A stretch of DNA of 64,000 nt from Methylobacter sp. (GCF_030680395.1 NZ_JAUXVR010000009.1:39931-103930); one strand, 5' to 3'. Counted from the first letter of the stretch, positions 55,685 through 64,000 are shown. Numbers and translations: made by a program. Notes: generated by a model not told the origin, from the sequence alone.

Positions 55685-56491
55685 TTACAACCAACTTTCT
55701 TTTACGTACAACACATCATCCGCCTGTAATAAGCTAAAGTCTTCCACATCTATCTCCTGTTCTTTACCTTCTGCATCGCGGCGTTTAACAATAGGCGCCG
55801 GCCAGCTTTCCGCGCCTTTGGGTGTTAAGCCGCCTCCTGCCGAAATTGCCTGGGCAATGGACATGTTTTTTGCCAATTTATAAGAACCGGGCCGTTGTAC
55901 TTCACCGTAGATATAAAACATAGGCGCACGCGGCACAACGATGACATCGCCATTGGTAACGGCGTAATTTTGTGTGCGATCTCCTGCCAGCAATGCGTTC
56001 AAATCTATAGTTACCTTGCTGCCGTTACTATGCAATAACGTAGCGAAATCAGCCGCTGGAGGCACTTCGGTAATACCACCCGCCTGAGCCAGCAAATCGA
56101 TGACATGACCGGATACTTCAAGCGGATAAATACCGGGTTTATTAACCAGGCCCAATACATTGACTTTCTGGCTTACAAACTGGGTGACCACGAGGGTGAC
56201 TTGGGGCGCTTTAATAAAATCACCATCGTTCAGTCGCCGGGTAATCAATCGTTCCGCTTCGGCGACTGTTTTTCCGCCAAGACTTACCTCGCCGAGCAAT
56301 GGAAAACTTATATTGCCCGTCTCACTGACGCGTATCTCCGTTGTTAAATCGGGGTATTCATAAACACTGATTTTAATAACATCCCCGGAACCCAAGCGGT
56401 AATCTTTATTAATTTCATCCGACCAAGCCATTTCGAACACGCTAAGCCGAAACAATACGATTACTGTAAGCAAAAATCTCATATTCATCAT
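55685..56491 (-). CDS. polysaccharide export protein (Wza/EpsE-like; Poly_export + SLBB)
   Basis: It has a signal peptide (MMNMRFLLTVIVLF) and reads YRLGSGDVIKISVYEYPDLT...GNISFPLLGEVSLGGKT. The start is set at 56491. The track's 56722 start would overlap the upstream gene by about 220 nt. Confidence 0.82.
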   Translation of the reverse strand: MMNMRFLLTVIVLFRLSVFEMAWSDEINKDYRLGSGDVIKISVYEYPDLTTEIRVSETGNISFPLLGEVSLGGKTVAEAERLITRRLNDGDFIKAPQVTLVVTQFVSQKVNVLGLVNKPGIYPLEVSGHVIDLLAQAGGITEVPPAADFATLLHSNGSKVTIDLNALLAGDRTQNYAVTNGDVIVVPRAPMFYIYGEVQRPGSYKLAKNMSIAQAISAGGGLTPKGAESWPAPIVKRRDAEGKEQEIDVEDFSLLQADDVLYVKESWL

Positions 56492-56501
56492 AGAAGGACT
56501 C

Positions 56502-57524
56502 TTATTTAATTTGGGACAAACCTTGTTCCAGAATTTTTTGTTTATCGCGTTCTGGTTTGGTGTCGGAAGGAGGCGCGGCTTGCTGTTCTGCTTGTGCGGA
56601 CGCAATGGTTTTATCCTGTTCGGCAAAATCTCCCTGATACACAATGGTCGCCGCCGCATGTAGCTGTTTAAGGTGCTCGTCCAGTATTTGTTTGTTACGT
56701 GTATTGACAAGAAACTTTTCAATCTGAACTTGCGCCTGCTCCAGACTAATCGGATGCTCAGCGAAATTGATCACCTGCATCAACAATTGTTTTGACTGCG
56801 TTTGAGGCACAATGAGGATATCGCCGACTTTAGCATTGGCAAAAGTACTTAGCATTTCCAAAGGCAACTGTTCAGCAGACTTGGTCACCGTTTCTTCCAG
56901 AAACTTGATTTGATATTGTTTAAGCAACTCTCTGACGTGTTCAACTGTTGAAGCCTGACCTAGTGACACATTAAGAGCAGGATCAAGTTTTGGCGTTTCC
57001 AGATTAAAAAGTTGGAATTGATAAATGCGTCGTTTGGCAAAAAGATCCGGATGTTGCTGATAATACTCCTGCTTGGCTTGAGCGCTAACCGGGGCAGGAT
57101 TCAGCACGTGGCGCTGTACATAAGATTGTGAGAGTATTTCCCGCTGGGCATTCTCTAGCGTCATCATCGTATCCGGATCGCGATCCAGTTGGTTTGAAAG
57201 GGCTTTTTGAACTAACAATTCCTGACCGATCAAACTGTCCAGTGCTTTACGCGAGGCACCGTCTGCCGAACCACTGACGCCTGAAGCTTTTATCACTTCA
57301 TTGACTTGGTGTATGGTGATTTCAGAATCATTGACCTTGGCAGCCACTTGAGTAGACTGTTTTTCGGTTAAGTCCTTACCACAGCCAGCCGCGGCCAACA
57401 TAGATAACGCTAAAACACTGTTAGCCAGATTTCTGGCAACAACTCTTTTATCAACACGTTCAAAATAAATTCCACTCATTAATTCTTTGGTCCCCTTTGT
57501 CGAGTTAATATGCATTTTTGTCAC
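56502..57524 (-). CDS. EpsD-family peptidyl-prolyl isomerase-like lipoprotein (SurA/PpiD-like)
   Basis: It has a lipobox (LAAAGC) and a SurA-N-like region. The position matches epsD of PEP-CTERM loci. An alternative start at 57479 (MSGIYF) avoids overlap with the upstream gene. Confidence 0.7.
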   Translation of the reverse strand: MTKMHINSTKGTKELMSGIYFERVDKRVVARNLANSVLALSMLAAAGCGKDLTEKQSTQVAAKVNDSEITIHQVNEVIKASGVSGSADGASRKALDSLIGQELLVQKALSNQLDRDPDTMMTLENAQREILSQSYVQRHVLNPAPVSAQAKQEYYQQHPDLFAKRRIYQFQLFNLETPKLDPALNVSLGQASTVEHVRELLKQYQIKFLEETVTKSAEQLPLEMLSTFANAKVGDILIVPQTQSKQLLMQVINFAEHPISLEQAQVQIEKFLVNTRNKQILDEHLKQLHAAATIVYQGDFAEQDKTIASAQAEQQAAPPSDTKPERDKQKILEQGLSQIK

Positions 57525-58950
57525 CCAGCAAGACCCCTACGGTCCGCAATATAATTTGCAAATCCAGCCCAAAAGACCAGTTCCGTAAGTAGTCGAGATC
57601 ATATTCAATCCGCGCGGCCATCTTATCCAGACTATCGGTTTCGCCCCGAAAACCGTTGATTTGCGCCCAACCGGTGATACCGGGTTTTACTTTGTGGCGA
57701 ATCATGTAACCTTTTATGAGTTGCCGATAAAGTTCGTTGTGAGAAACGGCATGGGGTCTAGGGCCAACGATGCTCATTCGTCCCTGCAAGACATTAATGA
57801 ATTGGGGCAGCTCATCCAGTGAGGTTCTGCGTAAAAAACCGCCAAAACGAGTAATTCGCGCATCATTACGTTTGGCTTGTTCAATAACACCGCTATTTTC
57901 AGAAACAGTCATAGAGCGAAATTTATAAACCCAGATTTCTTCGCCATTCAAGCCATAACGTCGCTGTTTGAATAGCACCGCACCTGGAGAACTCAGCTTG
58001 ATACCTATAGCAATTAAAATAAACACCGGAATAAGGGGAATCATCAACAACAAAGCAATAACAATGTCACTCAACCGTTTCTGGAGACTCCGCAAACCAT
58101 AAAACGGAGTTTCACACACAGCAACGACAGGCACATTGCAGACTTGATCGAAACGTGCCTGAATCAGATCGGCAATAAACAAATCGGGTACGAAATAAAT
58201 TGATGCGGTAGAGTCGCGCATGGCATCCAATAATTCTATGATTCGCGGCTGATTAGCCATTGGCAACGTAATGAACACCACATGCACCCCGTTCCGACGG
58301 ACAAATTCAGGCAGCATTTTAATAGTACCCAAAATTTTTTCACCATCCGGTACAAAAACCCTGTCAAGGCTTCTGTTTTCAAAAAAACCCAAAAAATCAA
58401 GGTCGGAAAATCTATCCATTCGACTGTTTTTAACCAGTTGCAAGCCCAGGACATCCAGCCCGACAATTACCGCCTTACGTTTTCCGGATTTATGTTTTAA
58501 AAAGAAACCCAGCAATAAAAGCACAGTAATTTGTATTAAAAAGAGCGCAAAAGGCGTGACAACACCCCAGACTTGAATTCCCGGTTCGAAAACCAAGTAA
58601 CCGAAACCGGATAGTTCAAAAATGAACCAGAGAACCATCAACATTAGCAACCAGCGCAGTAAAATATCCAGGAAACTGCGTAGCCAGGGAAACCGATTCT
58701 CTACCCGATAAATACAGACTCCATCCATAAAATGGATGGAGGCAAAAAAAACCACGACCATCATCAACAAAAAAACGCCTGACAATGGCCTTTGCCAATA
58801 CATAAAGCTGCCAGCTAACAGGCTAACGATGCTAATGGGATACAGCAGGTTCTTTATAATAAACAGCACTGGCCTGCCCAACGCTATCAAGCTTCCGCTT
58901 TGGATGCCGGATTTAGAAGCCAATCTTGTCATATCTGTTTTTGCGTCCAT
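57505..58950 (-). CDS. undecaprenyl-phosphate hexose-1-phosphate transferase (EpsB/WcaJ-like initiating sugar transferase)
   Basis: 481 aa with N-terminal TM helices. The C-terminal bacterial sugar transferase domain reads KQRRYGLNGE...DELPQFINVLQGRMSIVGPRP. Confidence 0.88.
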   Translation of the reverse strand: MDAKTDMTRLASKSGIQSGSLIALGRPVLFIIKNLLYPISIVSLLAGSFMYWQRPLSGVFLLMMVVVFFASIHFMDGVCIYRVENRFPWLRSFLDILLRWLLMLMVLWFIFELSGFGYLVFEPGIQVWGVVTPFALFLIQITVLLLLGFFLKHKSGKRKAVIVGLDVLGLQLVKNSRMDRFSDLDFLGFFENRSLDRVFVPDGEKILGTIKMLPEFVRRNGVHVVFITLPMANQPRIIELLDAMRDSTASIYFVPDLFIADLIQARFDQVCNVPVVAVCETPFYGLRSLQKRLSDIVIALLLMIPLIPVFILIAIGIKLSSPGAVLFKQRRYGLNGEEIWVYKFRSMTVSENSGVIEQAKRNDARITRFGGFLRRTSLDELPQFINVLQGRMSIVGPRPHAVSHNELYRQLIKGYMIRHKVKPGITGWAQINGFRGETDSLDKMAARIEYDLDYLRNWSFGLDLQIILRTVGVLLGDKNAY

Positions 58951-59128
58951 ACATTTTACTAATGTAATTTCTTTTAGAATTCAGTTGTATTTGAGGTTTC
59001 CGCACCATAATCGTATGAGACGGCCTCAGCATATGCCACGTAGTCGAACATGGCGGCGTATCGGTAAGTGCTATTTTTTTAAAAATGTGCGGATTAAGAA
59101 CCTTGAAAACCGATAAGCAGATTGTTAA

Positions 59129-59683
59129 TCAGGCAGAAATAAACATAGGGTTTTGACTTATGTTTTTACGACGCAGTTGCAAGCCTAGCAGGACGATTCC
59201 AATCACCAACAAAATCCATGTTTCGGATTCCGGCACTGGAGCAACCGCTAAAGAACCGGAATAACGACCGCCTACTAGACCGTCCCCAATACCGGTAACT
59301 TTTAAAGCGTAACTGCCGGAAGCCAAGGAATTAAAAGTCACTGCCGTTGCCGCCGGATTCAAATCTCCTGAAACAGATCTATAATTCAGTGGGTTGAACG
59401 TCGACGATCCCAGCATTGTGGAATACAACTTAAGGGATAAATTCTGGATGTCTTGGATCACAAAAGAACCAGAAGGTACAGAAAGCGTATAGTTTTGATT
59501 ATTTATTTGACCGCTAATATTGTTAACTCCTCCCAAATTAAAAGTCCAATAATCCTCGAACGCACTTGTACCTACAGTTGCGTTGAATGAGCTGAGGGGT
59601 TGGTTTAAATACAGTGCATTTGCTGAAGCCCCTGTACTAACAAACATCGTTCCCAAAAAAGCCAGTAACGGCAATATTTTCAT
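59129..59683 (-). CDS. PEP-CTERM sorting-signal protein (exosortase substrate)
   Basis: It has a signal peptide (MKILPLLAFLGTMFVSTGASA). The C-terminus APVPESETWILLVIGIVLLGLQLRRK has the P-E-S motif, a TM helix and a basic cluster. The start is set at 59683. Confidence 0.8.
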   Translation of the reverse strand: MKILPLLAFLGTMFVSTGASANALYLNQPLSSFNATVGTSAFEDYWTFNLGGVNNISGQINNQNYTLSVPSGSFVIQDIQNLSLKLYSTMLGSSTFNPLNYRSVSGDLNPAATAVTFNSLASGSYALKVTGIGDGLVGGRYSGSLAVAPVPESETWILLVIGIVLLGLQLRRKNISQNPMFISA

Positions 59684-60124
59684 AATCAAATTTCCACTTA
59701 TCGTAATTAACAAAAAATCATATTTTCAAAAGGCGTATTTTTTAATACTTAATCCGGCTTCTTTTATTAGCCATCCGCAGCTTACGGATTAAAAGCTTAT
59801 TATCTAATACCCAAACTACTGCACTATTGCTAGAGCGAGCGCAGCTTTATAGCTGGTAAGTTCACGATTAATCTTGTATTTCAATCTAACAAATAAAATC
59901 CGCTTCCAAGCAGGACACAATAAATTTCTCAAAACCCAATCAACCACAGCAGGTCGTTTTGTCGTCGTGTTCAGGTTTGGCACATTAAGAATTTCAATTG
60001 GCAAAGCAAAGCGAACTGTATGAGGACTTATAAAAAATTAACGAGCGGTATAGCCGTTAATATACTTAGTTTGTGTACTCAATAATGAACGGCAAAAAAC
60101 CATTCATTCCCAAAGTCATTGCTA

Positions 60125-60250
60125 CTGACATTTCGCGCAGGTTGCCTGACTTCAGGTAAAGAATACAGAAGCAAGATGAGGGGAAACCTGTGTATTTCAT
60201 TAAAATTAGATGAAGATAAGAATAATTTCAGAACCAGGCAGTCTATGACG
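60125..60250 (+). mobile_element. IS30-family-like transposase remnant, fragment A
   Basis: It encodes ...GKEYRSKMRGNLCISLKLDEDKNN... and is near-identical over about 72 nt to 62535-62606. It is truncated exactly at the EpsL gene end. Confidence 0.5.
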
Positions 60251-60253
60251 CGC

Positions 60254-61522
60254 TCAAAATTTAAGTCTAACAGTTGCAGTAATGCTATCACCGGCATAAG
60301 AATAAGATTGGCGATTACTATCACGTTGATAAAACTGGTAAGCCAGATTAAGTTCTGCACAATGAACCGGTGTGTAGCTAACGTTGACTTGCGACGAAAA
60401 CAGTTCGTCTTTGCGCACTCCGGAGTGATTCTGGGTTTCCATGCGCGCTTGTCCTGACAGTACGATTTTGTTAGTAATATTCCAGCTGGGTGTAAAACTC
60501 ACCCCTTCAGAGATATAATAATTTGAAGCCAGCTCAGTAAAAGCCGCTAACTCGTGCCACGTTGAAACAGCGACTACTGTTTTAGCCGTAGGCATCCAGT
60601 TCATACCAATACGCCAGATTTCTCCCTGATAATCTGTCTGGGGCAAATTCGGATGGCTTCGCATTAAATACCCGGCCTGACCTTCAAAATGAAGCTTGGG
60701 CGAGTAATCATATTTAAATAAAGCTCTGGCTAAATTCTCCTGATAGGCAATATCCACAGCTCCCTCACCAAAACTCAACTGTCTGAGGGGAAACCGTGCA
60801 TCAGTATGCGCATATTCAACGCCCAGGGAATTGCCTTTTGATGTTAAAAATGTAACACCGCCATGACTAGTCTGGGACTCGATATTTTGATTTTGCCGCG
60901 CAGCGGCACTATGGCTTGTATCTGACTTTCGCCAACCCGCATCAAAGCGTATGTTCGAGTTCAATTGATAGCGAATATCAAAATAATATGCAGGCCTATC
61001 CAAAAGATCGAGCGAAAAAAACTGTGTATTTTCAAAACCTGCCAGCGACCTGCTGTATTCCGCCCCCAGTCTGCCGGACCAGTCGTGGTCGACCTGCCAT
61101 AGCCAAACGGCACTGTCTTTTGTAGACACATTATCAAGCTGATTGTTGGCCGCGTAGCGGTTGTCATCCACCTGCAGATCCAGATCAAATATCTGACGAC
61201 TTAAAGCCTTGTGTATACGGCCGCCAATCGAAGCTTTGTTGATAAAATCACCCGTTTTCATCTGGGCTCCCGGAGGCCTATCTTCTGAAAGCCTAAACAG
61301 GTTATTGTCATAAGTTAGCGACTCACTCACAAACGGTTGTAACAAATCACCTGCATCGGCTACTGACCAGGCAGATGGCGAGTATATAAATAACAGTAAC
61401 TGCATCCATAACAAGAATCGGCCCCAGCTATTCAGTTTATTCCTGGCTAGAGTTTTAACGGATAAACTTTGCAATAGAACCTCATTTATTAAGTAAACGG
61501 AATGTTTTGACAGTTCGGACAT
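60254..61522 (-). CDS. PEP-CTERM-system-associated outer-membrane beta-barrel protein (EpsL-like)
   Basis: 422 aa with a signal-like N-terminus. Alternating beta-strand pattern runs throughout and the C-terminus ends in an aromatic residue (...TVRLKF). Confidence 0.65.
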   Translation of the reverse strand: MSELSKHSVYLINEVLLQSLSVKTLARNKLNSWGRFLLWMQLLLFIYSPSAWSVADAGDLLQPFVSESLTYDNNLFRLSEDRPPGAQMKTGDFINKASIGGRIHKALSRQIFDLDLQVDDNRYAANNQLDNVSTKDSAVWLWQVDHDWSGRLGAEYSRSLAGFENTQFFSLDLLDRPAYYFDIRYQLNSNIRFDAGWRKSDTSHSAAARQNQNIESQTSHGGVTFLTSKGNSLGVEYAHTDARFPLRQLSFGEGAVDIAYQENLARALFKYDYSPKLHFEGQAGYLMRSHPNLPQTDYQGEIWRIGMNWMPTAKTVVAVSTWHELAAFTELASNYYISEGVSFTPSWNITNKIVLSGQARMETQNHSGVRKDELFSSQVNVSYTPVHCAELNLAYQFYQRDSNRQSYSYAGDSITATVRLKF

Positions 61523-61774
61523 ACTAACTGGAAAGATTAGGGTGACGGATAACCGCTAAAAAGGTCTCCAACAGCTATACAGATAATCAGCTTCTGCCTG
61601 CCTAAGGCTTTAACGTGTAAGTTTTGCGATAAAATATTCAGTAAACGGAATATCTTGACCGCTCAAACACACTCAAGGGAAGGATTAGGATTGAAGAATA
61701 ACCGCTATAAAGATCTCCCTCATATGCCGGCAAAAGCTTATAAAGGATCATTAATATTGTTTGTAATTAATTGA

Positions 61775-62284
61775 CTAACGCAAACACTGAAAAATATTAA
61801 GCCCTTTTACATCCCAGTACTTCAAAGCTTTCTTTTCAGATTGATGCTTTGCCATTTTTTTTAAAGCAAGCTCATACCTTTTAATGTCTTGTTTGAGCAA
61901 TCTAATTTCTTCATCCCAGAGTCCTTCATCAGCAGTACCTTCTATGAACCACGCTCTATGTTGTTTTTCATTTAATTCTGATTTAAGGTCGTCAAGCCAG
62001 CCAGTAATAACGCCTTTACCGACAAAGAAATGTTTTTTGCTATTCCGCTCAAGATCACAGTCCTTAACGACATAATCTCCCACTGCAAAATTGCCGTACT
62101 CATCAACCAAGTAACTTATAAACTCTGCAGCATTATCAATATCAGCTTGAGTTAACTTGTAAATACCGATATCCATGCTTAACTCGCTCTGTTTATTAAT
62201 AAGTATCGATCTAAAGTTGATATTTTTCGGCAGTTCAACATCTGCCCCCCATCGCCTTAAAATCTCGTGCAGAGTCATCTGCAC
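61775..62284 (-). CDS. hypothetical protein (orphan, AT-rich)
   Basis: 169-aa ORF with no recognisable motif. It lies between the two IS30-like remnants. Confidence 0.45.
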   Translation of the reverse strand: MQMTLHEILRRWGADVELPKNINFRSILINKQSELSMDIGIYKLTQADIDNAAEFISYLVDEYGNFAVGDYVVKDCDLERNSKKHFFVGKGVITGWLDDLKSELNEKQHRAWFIEGTADEGLWDEEIRLLKQDIKRYELALKKMAKHQSEKKALKYWDVKGLNIFQCLR

Positions 62285-62489
62285 TTATCAATTTGCCGGA
62301 TATCTGGTTTTGGTCCGCGCATTGATTAGTCACTAATAATGGTTAAAACCATTGTCTTATAGGCAGTCAGATTTATCTATGATTTTTTGAGGTCTGTATT
62401 GCTCCGAACTGAAAAGCTGGAGCCTTATGAAGTAACGTTATGGATGTCATACTGTTTTTAAAATTCAAAATTATTTTGCATTTGGCACA

Positions 62490-62760
62490 AATTATCGCAA
62501 TCGCGACCGGCATTTTTCTGGGCCGCAATGTTTGGGTAAAGACTACAGAAGCAAGATGAGAGGAAACCAGCGGATTTCATTAAAATTAGATGAAGATCAG
62601 AATAATCCGGATAAGACATTAACAATGACCGCAGATAACGGCAAAGAGTTCTCGCTATTCTAAGACTCCAGACGAAATTCAGGCCATAAAAAAACCACTC
62701 CGGGCGGGTTTTAAGTACGGCTTTGTTAATGATGCTATACGCTATATAGGGAGGATGGAA
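62490..62760 (+). pseudogene. IS30-family-like transposase remnant, fragment B (internally deleted, frameshifted)
   Basis: It reads RDRHFSGPQCLGKDYRSKMRGNQRISLKLDEDQNNPDKTLTMTADNGKEFSLF-stop, with a DNGKEF-type DDE core. Another frame gives PDEIQAIKKPLRAGFKYGFVNDA, which resembles the IS30 C-terminal ..E.L..I...LN.RPRK.LGFKTP.E. Confidence 0.5.
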
Positions 62761-63001
62761 GTCTATATGCATTGGTTGCCACCGATTAGCACCACGGGCG
62801 CAACTGCCTGAAGGTCGAAAAGCTAAGCAGGCTTTGTGTAAAAATAAAGATGCTTCGATAAAATAAATCAGCTCAGACTTAACCTGACAGCTACCGGTTT
62901 ATGAGAAGTACCTGTCAGGTTAAATTCAACTTATGGTTTTTTTATTCCAGACGACTGTCCCATCAAACACTATAGCTGCTATCACGAAGTGCATTCATCG
63001 G

Positions 63002-63292
63002 CTAAATGCCCTTGGGATAATCATAACTGTAATGCTTGCGCAATGGCTTGACCACTTCCCATTGACTGTCCAACCCTGCGTGGAAAGACACCAGATCACC
63101 GGGCAGAATTCGTACCGGCTCGCCACCGGCTGGAGTTACCAAAATCTCGCCATCCAGCACATAGGCGCATTCAGTTTCATCAAAATCTATTGGGAATTTT
63201 GAAATTTCTTTTTCCCATATTTCCCAGTTGGCAACACCCAGCTCTTTTAATCGTTCTTCACTTGGATTGTGTTCGATGGTAATTTTGCTCAT
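63002..63292 (-). CDS. small cupin-domain protein (DUF861/EutQ-like)
   Basis: 96 aa with a single cupin barrel (ECAYVLDGEILVTPAGGEPVRILPGDLVSFHAGL). Confidence 0.7.
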   Translation of the reverse strand: MSKITIEHNPSEERLKELGVANWEIWEKEISKFPIDFDETECAYVLDGEILVTPAGGEPVRILPGDLVSFHAGLDSQWEVVKPLRKHYSYDYPKGI

Positions 63293-63461
63293 ATTCTTCC
63301 TAAAAAATTAAACTTGTTAAAACAACAATTCTAGCATCAGGCCTGTCAAAAAGCGCTGAAAACTTGCCCATAAAGAACGTCAATATTTATCGGTAATTAT
63401 TGCTATCTTATTGTTTTAATAACAGCGGCTGCTTAACCGGCTGGCAAAGCCGGCGTTTAAT

Positions 63462-63575
63462 ATGGAAAATTCAACGCTATTTTTTAGACATGACAGTCTG
63501 TTAATGACTATGCGCTATGCTCACCTGGCACCGGAGCATCGTGAAGAAGCGATAAAATTCAATCCGAGATTCTAA
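63462..63575 (+). pseudogene. C-terminal remnant of a tyrosine recombinase/integrase
   Basis: I read MENSTLFFRHDSLLMTMRYAHLAPEHREEAIKFNPRF-stop. It contains the LGH..I.MT.RYAHL box with the catalytic Tyr. No upstream integrase sequence is present. Confidence 0.7.
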
Positions 63576-63739
63576 AGCTTAACCTTTATATGTGCCTGTG
63601 CGCATTTGAACAGACGAAATGTAAACTTCCGCTTTTGACCCTGAGCAATCAGACAAATTTGTATTTTAAAAACAAGATAACGTGCAGCATAACCAGCCGC
63701 CAACAAAGCGCATCATAGATGGCTCTTGTCCAAAGCGGG

Positions 63740-64000
63740 TCAACAAAGTACTACCAGTAAAATCAGGCCAGGGATAATCCCCAGAATCAAACCGACCACG
63801 ATTGCAATAACCTCACCTGTAGAGTAATTGCAACCCACATTACCGGCGCTTACCCGCGCTGCACTATCGTCATCAAGCCCCGCTAACATCATGCCGGAAA
63901 ATTCATCGGCTACTTGTGCTTGGGAAGATGCCACGAGTATACGTGAGCGGGCATCACTAAGACGTGTTTCGGCGGAACGCAAATCATCGCTGAATGGCAC
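63740..64000 (-). CDS. hypothetical protein, C-terminal part (ORF open at the right window edge) with C-terminal TM helix
   Basis: The 86 aa visible end in VVGLILGIIPGLILLVVLC. I recognise no family. Confidence 0.4.
   Translation of the reverse strand: MPFSDDLRSAETRLSDARSRILVASSQAQVADEFSGMMLAGLDDDSAARVSAGNVGCNYSTGEVIAIVVGLILGIIPGLILLVVLC

Noticed and set aside
55685-56722. Long form of the EpsE/Wza-like ORF starting at 56722.
   Set aside because: The first 77 residues overlap the EpsD-like gene and are basic nonsense. A signal peptide begins at the MMNMRFLL start (56491), 11 nt after the upstream stop.
59978-60000. TGGCAC at 59978 and TGGCAAAGCAAAGC nearby, considered as a sigma-54 promoter. 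PEP-CTERM loci are often sigma-54/PrsR controlled.
   Set aside because: The spacing to any GC/TTGC -12 element is wrong (no TTGC 5 nt after TGGCAC). The orientation (plus strand) faces only the IS remnant, not the eps genes.

Overview
All calls come from reading the supplied translations and the DNA by eye. No BLAST, HMM or folding was run, so family names rest on recognised motifs. The window looks like a proteobacterial chromosome segment, gammaproteobacterial or methylotroph-like in style.

**Content, left to right**
- 1-396: N-terminal stub of a P4-type integrase that runs off the left edge.
- 0.7-5.1 kb: housekeeping block (HIT, FliL-like, nagZ, hpt, MTA phosphorylase, slyD, greB).
- 5206-5295: tRNA-Ser(UGA).
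- 5.7-14.4 kb: a type I restriction-modification island, hsdM - [REP/RAYT cassette] - hsdS - [AlbA_2/Schlafen-like ATPase-wHTH gene] - hsdR.
- 14.8-18.7 kb: envelope genes (secreted protein, lytic transglycosylase, Blc lipocalin, EF-hand protein).
- 18.8-28.2 kb: a Cpx-like module (sensor kinase, response regulator, divergent CpxP/Spy gene with a GTAAA-N5-GTAAA box). It is followed by a REP-rich spacer and an operon of lipoprotein hydrolase, NodT outer-membrane factor, MacA and split MacB. The outer-membrane factor and MacA each carry an apparent 1-nt frameshift.
- 28.4-33.3 kb: HD-GYP protein, LysR regulator, and a secreted protein plus esterase pair.
- 33.8-40.6 kb: photolyase neighbourhood (YfcH-like, phr, DUF1499, DUF523/DUF1722, SDR, Old Yellow Enzyme).
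- 40.9-61.5 kb: a visibly more AT-rich exosortase/PEP-CTERM exopolysaccharide locus on the minus strand, in the methanolan eps order (EpsL, PEP-CTERM protein, EpsB/D/E/F/G/H/I, flippase, polymerase, acetyltransferase, GT2, WecB/TagA GT, GT2, GH5, acyltransferase, ugd).
- Right end: IS30-like remnants, an orphan ORF, a cupin and an integrase C-terminal remnant.

**Observations most worth follow-up**
- The Schlafen/AlbA_2-type gene is translationally coupled into the hsdS-hsdR slot that prrC occupies in the E. coli prr locus.
- The REP/RAYT cassette sits in the hsdM-hsdS junction, bracketed by a 94-bp imperfect direct repeat that regenerates both gene ends.
- A palindromic repeat element is inserted in frame inside hsdM.
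- The EpsG-like BY-kinase homologue has a two-motif MshEN-type (c-di-GMP-binding) N-terminus and a lysine-less Walker A.
- The WecB/TagA glycosyltransferase has its first structural unit tandemly repeated about four extra times.
- Twin CpxR-type boxes link cpxP and the efflux operon.
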